A DNA stretch of 64,000 nucleotides from Raja brachyura (taxonomy: Eukaryota). Of this stretch, positions 1-11,254 are shown in pieces. Each line of letters starts with the position of its first letter. Positions within the stretch are counted from its first letter, which is position 1. Below the pieces are notes generated by a model. It ran no database searches, had not been told where the DNA came from, and worked only from the letters and a program-made list of their open reading frames with translations. Where the stretch lies: NCBI GenBank assembly GCA_963514005.1, contig OY740789.1, forward strand, positions 1,054,001-1,118,000. Direction: 5' to 3'. The translations under genes were made by a program, and so were the position numbers.

Positions 1-1057
1 CTGAATAGGAAATGTGAGAGAGTAATGGTGGATGGCTGTTTGTCAGGGTGGAAGCCGGTGACTAGTGGGGTGCCTCAGGGATCTGTGTTGGGTCCACTGT
101 TGTTTGGCATGTACATTAATGATCTAGATGATGGGGTGGAAAATTGGATTAGTAAGTATGTAGATGATACTAAGATAGGTGGTGTTGGGGATAATGAAGT
201 AGATTTTCAAAGTCTACAGTGAGATTTAGGTCATTTGGAAGATTGGGCTGAAAGATGGTAGATGGAGTTTAATGCTGATAAGTGTGAGGTGCTACATCTT
301 GGCAGGACAAATCAAAATAGGACGTACATGGTAAATGGTAGCAAATTGAGGAATGCTGTGGAACAGAGGGATCTAGGAATAACTGTGCATAGTTCCCTGA
401 AGGTGGAATCGCATGTTGATAGGGTGGTAAAGAAAGGTTTTGTTGTGCTGGCCTTTATAAATCAGAGCATTGGGTATAGAAGTTGGGAAGTAATGTTAAA
501 ATTGTACAAGGCATTGGTGAGGCCAATTCTGGAGTATGGTGTACAATTTTGGTCGCTCAACTATAGGAAGGATGTCAACAAAATAGAGAGTACAGAGGAG
601 ATTTACTAGAATGTTGCCTGGGTTCCAGCAACTAAGTTACAGAGAAAGGTTGAACAAGTTGGGTCTTTATTCTTTGGAGCGCAGAAGGTTAAGGGGGGAC
701 TTGATTGAGGTCTTTTAAATGATGAAAGGGATAGACAGAGTTGACGTGGATAAGCTTTTCCCATTGAGGGTAGGGAAGATTCAAACAAGAGGGCATGACA
801 TGAGAATTAAGGGACAGAAGGTTTAGGGGTAACATGAGGGGGAACTTCTTTACTCAGAGAGTGGTAGCTGTGTGGAATGAGCTTCCAGTGGAAGTGGTGG
901 AGGCAGGATCGATTTTATCATTTAAAATAAATTGGATAGGTATATGCACGGGAAAGGAATGGAGGGTTAAGGTCTGAGTGCAAGTAGATGGGACTCGGGG
1001 AGAATAAGTGTTAGGCACAGACTAGAAGGGGCGAGATGGCCTGTTTCCGTGCTGTAA
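1..1057 (+). mobile_element. CR1 LINE 3' fragment (RT C-terminus and 3' UTR), pseudogenised
   Basis: Broken ORFs 25-222 and 262-609 carry CR1 RT motifs ([23 protein letters not shown]). Ends at ctgtttccgtgctgtaa, the same 3' end as the copies at 7152 and 52294. Confidence 0.93.
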
Positions 1058-1111
1058 GATAATGTGAGGGTTTTGGAGACATTAGTGACTATGAGACTGG
1101 TGTAAGTAAGG

Positions 1112-1516
1112 TCAGAATGAGGGGGTGTATGTGTCTTGTTTGGGGAACAATGCTTCACCTTCATACGTAATAATACTAGCCCAGAGGGGTCTTTCATTAA
1201 AGCCATGAAAGCTAAAAACATAAGGAGTGTGGTTAAAAGAAGCGTAGGGTTCAGACATCAATTGTTTGGCTGGCTGGAGAGCATGTTGGGGGGTTGGGGA
1301 GCATGGCTGATTAAAATTGGTTTGACCATTGGGGTCGCATTACTTGCAGTGGCAATAATGTTGTGCTGTGTTTTCCCCTGTATTAAGTTTCTCCTGGTGA
1401 AAGCTGCTGTGAAGCAACTACCAATGATTACGGGTGAAGATGAATCCGGCCCCCAAGGGAAGTGGACCTCAGTGATAGAATACTATGATGGAGAAGAAGT
1501 GTTAGGAAAATGTTAA
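1112..1516 (+). pseudogene. env: Retroviral envelope transmembrane-subunit remnant
   Basis: Reads SE*GGVCVLFGEQCFTFIRNNT: the end of the immunosuppressive domain plus a CX6CC motif degraded to CX6CF. This is followed by a W-rich membrane-proximal region, a hydrophobic TM segment (IGLTIGVALLAVAIMLCCVFPC) and a cytoplasmic tail. Confidence 0.82.
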
Positions 1517-2265
1517 ACAAAGTCTGTAAGGGAAGCTGGATCGTTTTTCCTGCCTCACGTAATGGGGGTGGGTTTTTGGTCCAGTTTCTCAGGGAGCCAG
1601 AGAAAGAACACTGCACAGCATTACACTAACTTAATTAGAAGAGCCTGCATTTTAGGGCTCTATGGGTGATTAGACCTGGGGGATGTGTGTGTGGTTTTCT
1701 TTGTCTTTTGAGACTGGGTGGAATCTCAGAGAAGGGAGTTGTATGGAAGTTATAGAAGACTTAATTAAAACATTTATCATAGCCAGCAAATGTCAGCTAT
1801 TTTACATAATCAGCTTATTGTACTCAGACTCGCATGACTGTTAGTTTTGCAGCACTTAATTAAAACGTTTATCTAGCAATTAATTAAAACATTTATCTAG
1901 TAACCAAGGCACTAAACAAGTTACTTATTTTTACTTTTGTACCTTTGTAATCTTAATAAATACATTTGTATCTTTGTGTGTAAACTTATAAACTAATATG
2001 TAACAGTGTAATATGGTTTGTGTGACCTTGGTTTTGGCTGAAGCATGATGGTGGCAGGACATAGCTGGGACATTAGAAGTTACATTTAAGGGTGGCGAGT
2101 GAAGGACGAGATATGGGGGGGAAATGTAACGTGCTGTAATTGTTAAATGGTTACGATAATGTGATGTTTTTGGAGACATTAGTGACTATGAGTGTGTAAG
2201 TGACTATTAGTGACTGGTGTAAATAAGATTGATCCAAGGTCGGATGTTAATGGTGGTGAGACAGA

Positions 2266-2775
2266 ATAGAAACATAGAAACATAGAAATTAGGTGCAGGA
2301 GGAGGCCATTCGGCCCTTCGAGCCTGCACCGCCATTCACTATGATCATGGCTGATCATCCAACTCAGTATCCCGTACCTGCCTTCTCTCCATACCCTCTG
2401 ATCCCCTTAGCCACAAGGGCCACATCTAACTCCCTCTTAAATATAGCCAATGAACTGGCCTCAACTACCCTCTGTGGCAGAGAGTTCCAGAGACCCACCA
2501 CTCTCTGTGTGAAAAAAGTCCTTCTCATCGGTCCTAAAGGATTTCCCCCTCATCCTTAAGCTGTGACCCCTTGCCTGGACCTCCCCAACATCGGGAACAA
2601 TCTTCCTGCATCTAGCCTGTCCAACCCCTTAAGAATTTAGTAAGTTTCTATAAGATCCCCTCTCAATCTCCTAAATTCTAGAGAGTATAAACCGAGTGTA
2701 TGCAGTCTTTGTTCATAAGACAGTCCTGACATCCCAGGAATCAGTCTGGTGAACCTTCTCTGCACTCCCTCTATG
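2266..2775 (-). mobile_element. 5'-truncated CR1 inserted in the ERV LTR
   Basis: IEGVQRRFTRLIPGMSGLSY on the minus strand; (tttctatg)n tail; gaata at 2264-2268 and 2775-2779. Confidence 0.9.
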
Positions 2776-3894
2776 AATATTAGAATTGAAGATAGATTGA
2801 TGCTAAAGGGGTACAGCATGCAAGATAATGCAGCAGAGATGGGGCTAGAAACTGTAATGAAAAGCTGCTTGTTTCTGGGATTCAGAGAGCAATTAGAGAA
2901 CGGACAGGTGGTGTCGTGTCTGAATGTTCCAGCTGATATTTGCAAATAAAGACTTTAGTCTTCTTGAAGAATTCTCCGTGACTGTGTCATCTTATCCAAA
3001 CTTTTAGTATCTGAACCACGACAATGATCGGCCATGATCACAGTGAATGGCGGTGCTGGCTCGAGGACCGAATGGCCTCCTCCTGCACCTATTGGATATT
3101 GTCTAAAATAGCAGAAACAATTTCATTTCCAACATTCCATTTCATTTCCCAATTTTTCATTTGTTTTACCGCAACTATTCGTGAAACTGCAAATTTTCAT
3201 TAGGAATTTACTAAATAGAGGGACATTGTGTTTAAATGGCATTGGGAGCCAGAGACAAACACAAATTCAAATTCTCTTTCTAATAAATCCATGGATTTAA
3301 ACGTTATTCCAAAATGATTACTGTTCCGAAATCTCCCCATTTTACATGCAACGCATCTTCCAAATGGGAAACTGCGGGATCATTGACATAAAACAGATTG
3401 GGTTAGGCAGGAACTGTGGAAAGACAAAACCAAGCAGTTTCCAGGTCGACTATCGTTGGGAGACTAAACCATGGCAAATTCCGTTTGGAGTCCAGATATA
3501 GCATAGAAATAGATCCTTCTGCCAACCAAATCAACGGCGACACACGCGTTCCACGTTATCGCACGGTCTCATCCACCCCTGACCCACCCGGGTCAATTCA
3601 CCTGCAACCCTGCACTATTTTGGTTGTGGGGGGGGGGGGGGGGGGGGGAGAAGCAGGGCACCAGTGAGAAACCACAGGGAGATCGCACACTTCTCACAGT
3701 CTGCACCTGATTTCGGGAACAAAGTCGGGTCCCTTGCTCTACCAGCTGTCATTCGGTTCCCCTCTATGTTCATTGTTCCAATAACCACCGAGCCATTCAT
3801 TGTTGAAATAAAGATGAATAACACACTACACGTGGATTACATAAATACCATTTCCATAGAATGTGAATTCCCTTCAGTTCCTCCGTCACCCTAG

Positions 3895-6016
3895 TTCCTC
3901 TGGGATGTCAGGACTTTCATATGAGGAAAGACTGGATAGACTCGGCTTGTAGTCGCTGGAATCTAGAAGATTGAGGGGGGATCTTATAGAAACTTACAAA
4001 ATTCTTAAGGGGTTGGACAGGCTAGATGCTGGAAGATTGTTCCCGATGTTGGGGGAGTCCAGAACAAGGAGTCACAGTTTAAGGATAAGGGGGAATTCCT
4101 TTAGGACTGAGATGAGGAAAACATTCTTTACACAGAGAGTGGTGAGTCTCTGGAATTCTCTGCCACTGAAGGCCAGTTCATTGGCTATATTTAAGAGGGC
4201 ATTAGATGTGGCCCTTGTGGCTAAAGGGATCGGGGGTATGGAGAGAAGGCAGGTACAGGATACTGAGTTGGATGATCAGCCATGATCACATTGAATGGTG
4301 GTGCAGGCTCGAAGGGCCGAATGGCCTACTCCTGCACCTATTTTTCTATGTTTCTATGTTTCTCTATCCCCTAATACACTCGGTACATTCTCATTCTATA
4401 GATCGAGTTTCACGGACTTAGCTTTGCTGTATCATTGGTTCACATGGCCAACTCATTGTACTTCAAGAGAGATGAAAAAAGTTGGAGTAACTCAGCGGGA
4501 CAGACAGAGTCACTCCAGCTTTGTGTCATTTGTCAGCATAAACCAGCACCAATCCACAGTTCCTTCCTATTCATTCTACTTCAAGATATATAACTGCTCA
4601 ATTCACGCTGCCGCTGAACCTTGCACTTCTGCTAGATGCTGGAAGATTGTTCCCGATGTTGGGGGAGTCCAGAACAAGGGGTCACAGTCTAAGGATAAGG
4701 GGGAATTCCTTTAGGACCGAGATGAGGAAAACATTCTTTACACAGAGAGTGGTGAGTCTCTGGAATTCTCTGCCTCAGAAGGTAGTTGAGGCCAGTTCAT
4801 TGACTATATTTAAGAGGGCGTTAGATGTGGCACTTGTGGCTAAAGGGATCAGGGGGTATGGAGAGAAGGCAGGTACGGGATACTGAGTTGGATGATCAGC
4901 CATGATCACATTGAATGGCGGTGCAGGCTCGAAGGGCTGAGTGGCCTACTCCTGCACCTATTTTCTATGTTTCTATGTTTTCTGTGTTTTGCTGCAAGAA
5001 ATGTTGACTTCTTCCATGCAAGTTTTGTTAGCAATTGGATGAAAGGTGACAAGGCGATTCCACCAATTAATACATACACTTTAGAAACTTGAACATTTTA
5101 CACCCAGGATCTATCCCTTTCTATCGCTTGTTTCATATGCGCTGAGAAGAAACAAACTGAGACAAAGTACCTGCTGTTGATCAGAAAATACATAGAAACA
5201 TAGAAACATAGGTGCAGGAGTAGGCCATTCGGCCCTTCGAGCCTGCACCGCCATTCAATGTGATCATGGCTGATCATCCAACTCAGTATCCCGTACCTGC
5301 CTTCTCTCCATACCCCCTGATCCCTTTAGCCACAAGGGCCACATCTAACTCCCTCTTAAATATAGCCAATGAACTGGCCTCAACTATCTTCTGTGGCAGA
5401 GAATTACAGAGACTCACCACTCTCTGTGTAAAGAATGTTTTCCTCATCTCGGTCCTAAAGGAATTCCCCCTTATCCTTAGACTGTGACCCCTTGTTCTGG
5501 ACTCTCCCAACATCGGGAACAATCTTCCTGCATCTGGCTTGTCCAACCCCTTAAGAATTTTGTAAGTTTCTATAAGATCCCCCCTCAATCTTCTAAATTC
5601 CAGCGAGTACAAGCCGAGTCTATCCAGTCTTTCCTCATATGAAAGTCCTGACATCCCAGGAATCAGTCTGGTGAATCTTCTCTGTACCCCCTCTATGGCA
5701 AGAATGTCTTTCCTCAGATTTGGAGACCAAAACTGTACGCAATACTCCAGGTGTGGCCTCACCAAAACCCTGTACAACTGCAGTAGAGCCTCCCTGCTCC
5801 TATACTCAAATCCTTTCGCTATGAATGCTAACATACCATTTGCTTTCTTCACTGCCTGCTGCACCTGCATGCCTACTTTCAATGACTGGTGTACCATGAC
5901 ACCCAGGTCTCGTTGCATCTCCCCTTTTCCTAATCTGCCACCATTCAGATAATAGTCTACCCTCATGTTTTTGCCACCAAAGTGGATAACCTCACATTTA
6001 TCCACATTATACTGCA
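3895..6016. mobile_element. Three 5'-truncated CR1 copies (3895-4362 +, 4630-4985 +, 5190-6016 -) in the presumptive J-C intron
   Basis: Near-identical C-terminal ORF ending GYGEKAGTGY, each with a (tttctatg)n tail. Confidence 0.9.
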
Positions 6017-6336
6017 ATGCTTAAAATACAGTTGGATGCATCGCAGACCACGGAAATCTCTAACAATTAGAAAGCTTAGTGAAAGCAAATTGATGCACAA
6101 TATTCCCACTAATTAGGAACTAAACCGCATCCGTTTCATAGTCAAAGGATGGAAAGTCAAGTTTAAATGGGGAATCTCACTGCAGCGGAATCACATAACA
6201 TTCTAAAGCAACATCGATCCAACGTTGCAATGAATGGGTAATTGATGTAGAAGAGCTATTGAATACAATTATTGGGAATATAGAGTAACATTACAAGTGG
6301 ATACATGTAGAGCCTGAATGGGATGAGCTTTCTTAC

Positions 6337-6708
6337 CGCTGGTGACCGTCAGCATGGTGCCCCCTCCCCAGTATTCAATGGCCATCCGGCCCACTGGTGT
6401 CCGTATCCCACAGTAATAGACAGCGGTGTCTTCCATCCTCAGCTCCCTGGCCGTCACCGTGAAGATATTATTCGAGTTGTCTGTGGAGGGAGTGAATCGG
6501 CTCTCTACCCCCGGAGCGAAGTACTTGATGAAAGCCGGACTGCGGTAGCGGAGCAGCCACTCCAGCCCTTGCCCGGGGACCAGGCGGATCAAAGACACAT
6601 GTTGGCTGCCAACACTGAACCCGCTGACTTTACAGGTCAGTGTGATGGAGCCTCCAGGGCGGGCGGTCTCTGTCTTGGGCTGAGTTAGAACGACACTGGA
6701 ATGGACAC
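6337..6708 (-). CDS. IGHV: Immunoglobulin heavy-chain pre-joined V(D)J exon (chondrichthyan VH, IgM-like framework; isotype not determinable)
   Basis: Acceptor ttgcAG|GT at 6708 and donor AGCG|GTAAGA at 6337; 372 nt, phase 1-1, open. Translation: (R)VHS-SVVLTQPKTETARPGGSITLTCKVSGFSVGSQHVSLIRLVPGQGLEWLLRYRSPAFIKYFAPGVESRFTPSTDNSNNIFTVTARELRMEDTAVYYC-GIRTPVGRMAIEY-WGGGTMLTVTS. Both canonical Cys, DTAVYYC and the J motif WGxG are present; no RSS between V and J. Confidence 0.96.
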
Positions 6709-6889
6709 CTGCAAGTTAAAAAAGGCATGAATGGATGGATGGCGAGGATGAAACAGTGACCATTGATCCCCACTCTAATTATCAAGAGGAAATACATTGG
6801 GCGGGTTCTACAGTGGGTAGAAGGGGAATGGCGGCGTGGAGATACCACTGAGGAACTTGAGTGAGGAATTTGTCCAACTCATTACTCAC

Positions 6890-6935
6890 GGACTATTAGC
6901 GCCAGGAACAGACTCAGTGAAACCGCCGACCTCAT
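6890..6935 (-). CDS. IGHV: Ig heavy-chain leader (signal peptide) exon
   Basis: ATG at 6935 gives MRSAVSLSLFLALIV plus 1 nt, then a GTGAGT donor. A 46-nt phase-1 exon typical of VH split leaders, joining the V exon in frame across a 181-nt intron. Confidence 0.93.
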
Positions 6936-7024
6936 CCCCGCTGGGACCTGGGACCCGGTTGTATCTGTACAGAACCTCGCAACAAACCAACTGCAAGGAA
7001 GTTGGATTTTGGACCCTCATGGAG

Positions 7025-7100
7025 AGAATTAAATACCCGGCAAAAGAGGGTGCGGCTGTGGGCGGGACTGGAAACCGAGTGGGGCAGCGGGCGGGGCTGA
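7025..7100 (-). promoter_or_regulatory. Putative VH proximal promoter
   Basis: TATTTAAT (minus, 7028-7035) about 95 nt upstream of the ATG; two GGGCGG boxes near 7060 and 7088. Confidence 0.45.
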
Positions 7101-7151
7101 GACACGGCTCCCAACTCAACAGCAAGATGCACTCACGCTTTCACACCTATT

Positions 7152-10076
7152 AACCATATAACCATATAACCATATAACAATTACAGCACGGAAACAGGCC
7201 TTCTCGGCCCTTCCAGTCTGTGCCGACCATTAATTTCCCCCTAGTCCCATCTACCTGCACTCAGACCATACCCCTCCATTCCCTTCCCGTCCATATACCT
7301 ATCCACTTTACTTTTAAATGTTAAAATCGATCCTGCCTCCACCACTTCGGCAGGAAGATCATTCCACACAGCCACCACTCTCTGAGTAAAGAAATTCCCC
7401 CTCATGTTACCCCTAAACTTCTGTCCCTTAATTCTCATGTCATGCCCTCTTGTTTGAATCTTCCCTACCCTCAATGGGAAAAGCTTATCCACGTCAACTC
7501 TGTCTATCCCTTTCATCATTTTGAAGACCTCAATCAAGTCCCCCCTTAACCTTCTGCGCTCCAAAGAATAAAGACCTAACTTGTTCAACTTTTCTCTGTA
7601 ACGTACTTGGTGGAACCCAGGCAACATTCTAGTAAATCTCCTCTGTACTCTCTCTATTTTGTTGACATCCTTCCAATAATTAGGCGACCAAAATTGTACA
7701 CCATACTCCAGAATTGGTCTTACCAATGCCTTGTACAATTTTAACATTACTTCCCTACTCCTATATTCAATGCTCTGATTTATAAAGGCCAGCACACCAA
7801 AAGCTTTCTTTACCACCCTACCTACATGCGATTCCACCTTCAGGGAACTATGCACAGTTATTCCTAGATCCCTCTGTTCCACAGCATTCCTCAATTCCCT
7901 ACCATTTACCATGTACGTCCTATTTTGATTTGTCCTGCCAAGATGTAGCACCTCACACTTATCAGCATTAAACTCCATCTGCCATCTTTCAGCCCATTCT
8001 TCCAAATGGTCCAAATCTCTCTGTAGACTTTGAAAATCTACTTCATTATCCACAGCACCACCTATCTTAGTATCATCTGCACACTTACTTATCCAATTTT
8101 CCACCCCATCATCTAGATCATTGATGTACATGACAAACAACAGTGGACCCAACACTGATCCCTGAGGCACCCCACTGGTCACCGGCTTCCACCCTGACAA
8201 ACAGCCATCCACCATTACTCTCTGGCATCTCCCATTCAACCACTGTTGAATCCATCTTGCTACTCCGCCATTAACACCCAAAGATTGAACCTTCTTAACC
8301 AACCTTCCATGGGGAACCTTGTCAAAGGCCTTACTGAAATCCATATAGACAACATCCACTGCTTTACCCTCATCAATTTCCCTTGTAACCTCTTCAAAAA
8401 ATTCAAGAAGGTTTGTCAAACATGACCTTCCAGGCACAAATCCATGTTGACTGCTCTTGACCAGACCCTGTTTATCCAGATGCTTATATATATTATCTCT
8501 AAGTATCCTTTCCATTAATTTGCCCACTACTGACATCAAACTAATAGGTCTATAATTGCTAGGTTTATTCTTTGAACCCTTTTTAAACAATGGAACAACA
8601 TGCGCAGTACGCCAATCCTCCGGCACTATTCCCGTTTCTAATGACATCTGAAATATTTCTGTCCTAGCCCCTGCTATTTCTACACTAACTTCCCTCAATG
8701 TCTTAGGGAATATCCTGTCAGGACCTGGAGACTTATCCACTTTTATATTTTTCAAAAGTGTCAGTACTTCCTCCTCTTTGAATCTCATAGTTTCCATAGC
8801 TACTCTACTTTTTTCCCTTACCTCACAGAGTTCAATATCTTTCTCCTTGGTGAATACCGAAGAAAATAAATTGTTCAATATCTCCCCCATCTCTTTTGGC
8901 TCTGCAGATAGCTGTCCATTCTGGCGCTCTAATGGTCCAATTTTATCCCTCGTTATCCTTTTGCTATTAATATAGCTGTAGAAACCCTTTGGATTTACTT
9001 TCACCTTTTTTGCCAAAGCAACCTCATATCTTCTTTTAGCTTTTCTAATTTCTTTCTTAAGATTCTTTTTACACTCTTTATACTTATCTAGCACCTCATT
9101 TACTCCATGCCTCCTATAAAAATTGTAGATATCTCTCTTTTTTCGAAACAAGTGTCCAATTTCCCTTGAAAACCATGGCTCTTTCCGATTTTTACTATTA
9201 CCTTTCAACCGAACAGGGACATAAAGATTCTGTACTCTTACAATTTCCCCTTTAAATGTCCTCCATTTCTCTTCTACATCCTTCCCATAAAACAAAATGT
9301 CCCAATTCACTCCTTTTAACACCTTACGCATTCCCTCAAAGTTAGCCTTTCTCCAATCAAAAATCTCAACCCTAGGTCCAGTTCTGACTCTCTCAATAAT
9401 TATATTGAAACTAATGGTATTGTGATCACTGGTCCCGAAGTGCTCACCAACGCATACCTCCGTCACCTGACCTGCCTCATTTCCTAACAGGAGGTCCAGC
9501 ACTGCCCCTTCTCTGGTCGATACCTCTATGTATTGCTGCAAAAAACTATCCTGCACACATTTAACAAACTCCAAACCATCCAGCCCATTTACAGAATGTG
9601 TTTCCCAGTCTATTTTTGGAAAATTGTAATCTCCCACAATCACTACCTTGTGCTTACTACTAATATTTGCTATCTCCTTACAAATTAGCTCTTCCAATTC
9701 TCGCTCCCCATTTGGCGGTCTATAATACACCCCTAAAAGTGTTGCTACACCATTCCCACTTCTCAGTTCCACCCAAATAGCCTCCATAGACAAGCTCTAA
9801 TCTATCCTGCCAAAGCACTGCTGTAATATCTTCTCTGACAAGCAATGCAACACCTCCACCTCTGGCCCCTCCAATTCTATCACACCTGAAGCAACGAAAT
9901 CCTGGAATATTTAGTTTCCAATCACAACCCTCCTGCAACCATGTTTCACTGATCGCCACAACATCATATTTCCAGGTGTCAATCCAGGCTCTAAGTTCAT
10001 CCACCTTTCTTACAATGCTCCTAGCATTAAAATATACACATTTTAGAAACCCACCATCCCTTATTCTCTGTTTATT
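7152..10076 (-). mobile_element. CR1 LINE with nearly complete ORF2 (APE endonuclease and RT), one frameshift
   Basis: ORF 9720-10130 (YFNARS, ISETWL) and ORF 7241-9793 (850 aa; [19 protein letters not shown]) are offset by a small deletion near 9795; (ccatataa)n tail at 7152-7180. Confidence 0.95.
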
Positions 10077-10631
10077 ATCTTTTAAAGCAGTTAATCCAGC
10101 TTTGTAGAAAATATTATTGACCAACATCATCTATATTCACTTCAACTTTATTTTTACAGGAGAGAACGTCGACAATTTAAAATAAATGTCTCTGATGTAA
10201 TCTGTTCAGAGATTTGCATTTCTTTCTCACTTTATCTGTTTTCCGCCTCTAGGGAAACATTGATTCTGTTTCTGTCCTTCAGTCAACGAACCTGGGTCTG
10301 GGGCTGTTGAAATCAACGTTTATTTAAATCAGCTCGTCTCTGTTTCCAGCCATTTTTAGAGCAACACAAACAAGGCAATGAAGATATCATTCTCCACGGC
10401 GATTATATGTTTTAACGATGTTGGCAGTTGGCGCGAGTCAACTGAATTCTCCGAGGAAGTCTATTTTATCATATCCCGTTCAAATAAAATGATGTGATTT
10501 TATATTACGGATTCACTTCAGAATATGATTTTGTTGCCCACTTGAATCTCCACTTGAAGAAATGTCTGAGCACGCGAGACCAATTGAGGAATCGAGTTCT
10601 GTCCACACCTCCACTGTAGGGTTTTTAATAT

Positions 10632-11254
10632 NNNNNNNNNNNNNNNNNNNNNNNNNNNNNNNNNNNNNNNNNNNNNNNNNNNNNNNNNNNNNNNNNNNNN
10701 NNNNNNNNNNNNNNNNNNNNNNNNNNNNNNNNNNNNNNNNNNNNNNNNNNNNNNNNNNNNNNNNNNNNNNNNNNNNNNNNNNNNNNNNNNNNNNNNNNNN
10801 NNNNNNNNNNNNNNNNNNNNNNNNNNNNNNNNNNNNNNNNNNNNNNNNNNNNNNNNNNNNNNNNNNNNNNNNNNNNNNNNNNNNNNNNNNNNNNNNNNNN
10901 NNNNNNNNNNNNNNNNNNNNNNNNNNNNNNNNNNNNNNNNNNNNNNNNNNNNNNNNNNNNNNNNNNNNNNNNNNNNNNNNNNNNNNNNNNNNNNNNNNNN
11001 NNNNNNNNNNNNNNNNNNNNNNNNNNNNNNNNNNNNNNNNNNNNNNNNNNNNNNNNNNNNNNNNNNNNNNNNNNNNNNNNNNNNNNNNNNNNNNNNNNNN
11101 NNNNNNNNNNNNNNNNNNNNNNNNNNNNNNNNNNNNNNNNNNNNNNNNNNNNNNNNNNNNNNNNNNNNNNNNNNNNNNNNNNNNNNNNNNNNNNNNNNNN
11201 NNNNNNNNNNNNNNNNNNNNNNNNNNNNNNNNNNNNNNNNNNNNNNNNNNNNNN
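10632..11254. other. Assembly gap (623 N)
   Basis: Run of N. Confidence 1.

Larger units (their letters stand above)
1058..3023 (+). mobile_element. Internally deleted endogenous retrovirus: LTR fragment, env TM remnant, PPT and 3' LTR
   Basis: 1058-1110 repeats 2155-2230 inside the downstream LTR. env remnant follows. A purine tract agagaagggagt precedes TGTATGG at 1740. AATAAA at ~2946 and a terminal ...cacgaCA at 3023. A CR1 (2266-2775) interrupts the LTR with a gaata duplication. Confidence 0.7.

Noticed and set aside
5260-5487. Recurrent MIMADHPTQYPVP... ORFs as a multigene family
   Set aside because: They are antisense readings of the CR1 3' end.
1-6336. Ig constant-region exons downstream of the J donor
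   Set aside because: No C1-set pattern found in the non-repeat stretches; ORFs 3416-3667 and 3664-3894 overlap a decayed SINE or lack Ig motifs. C exons presumably lie left of the window.
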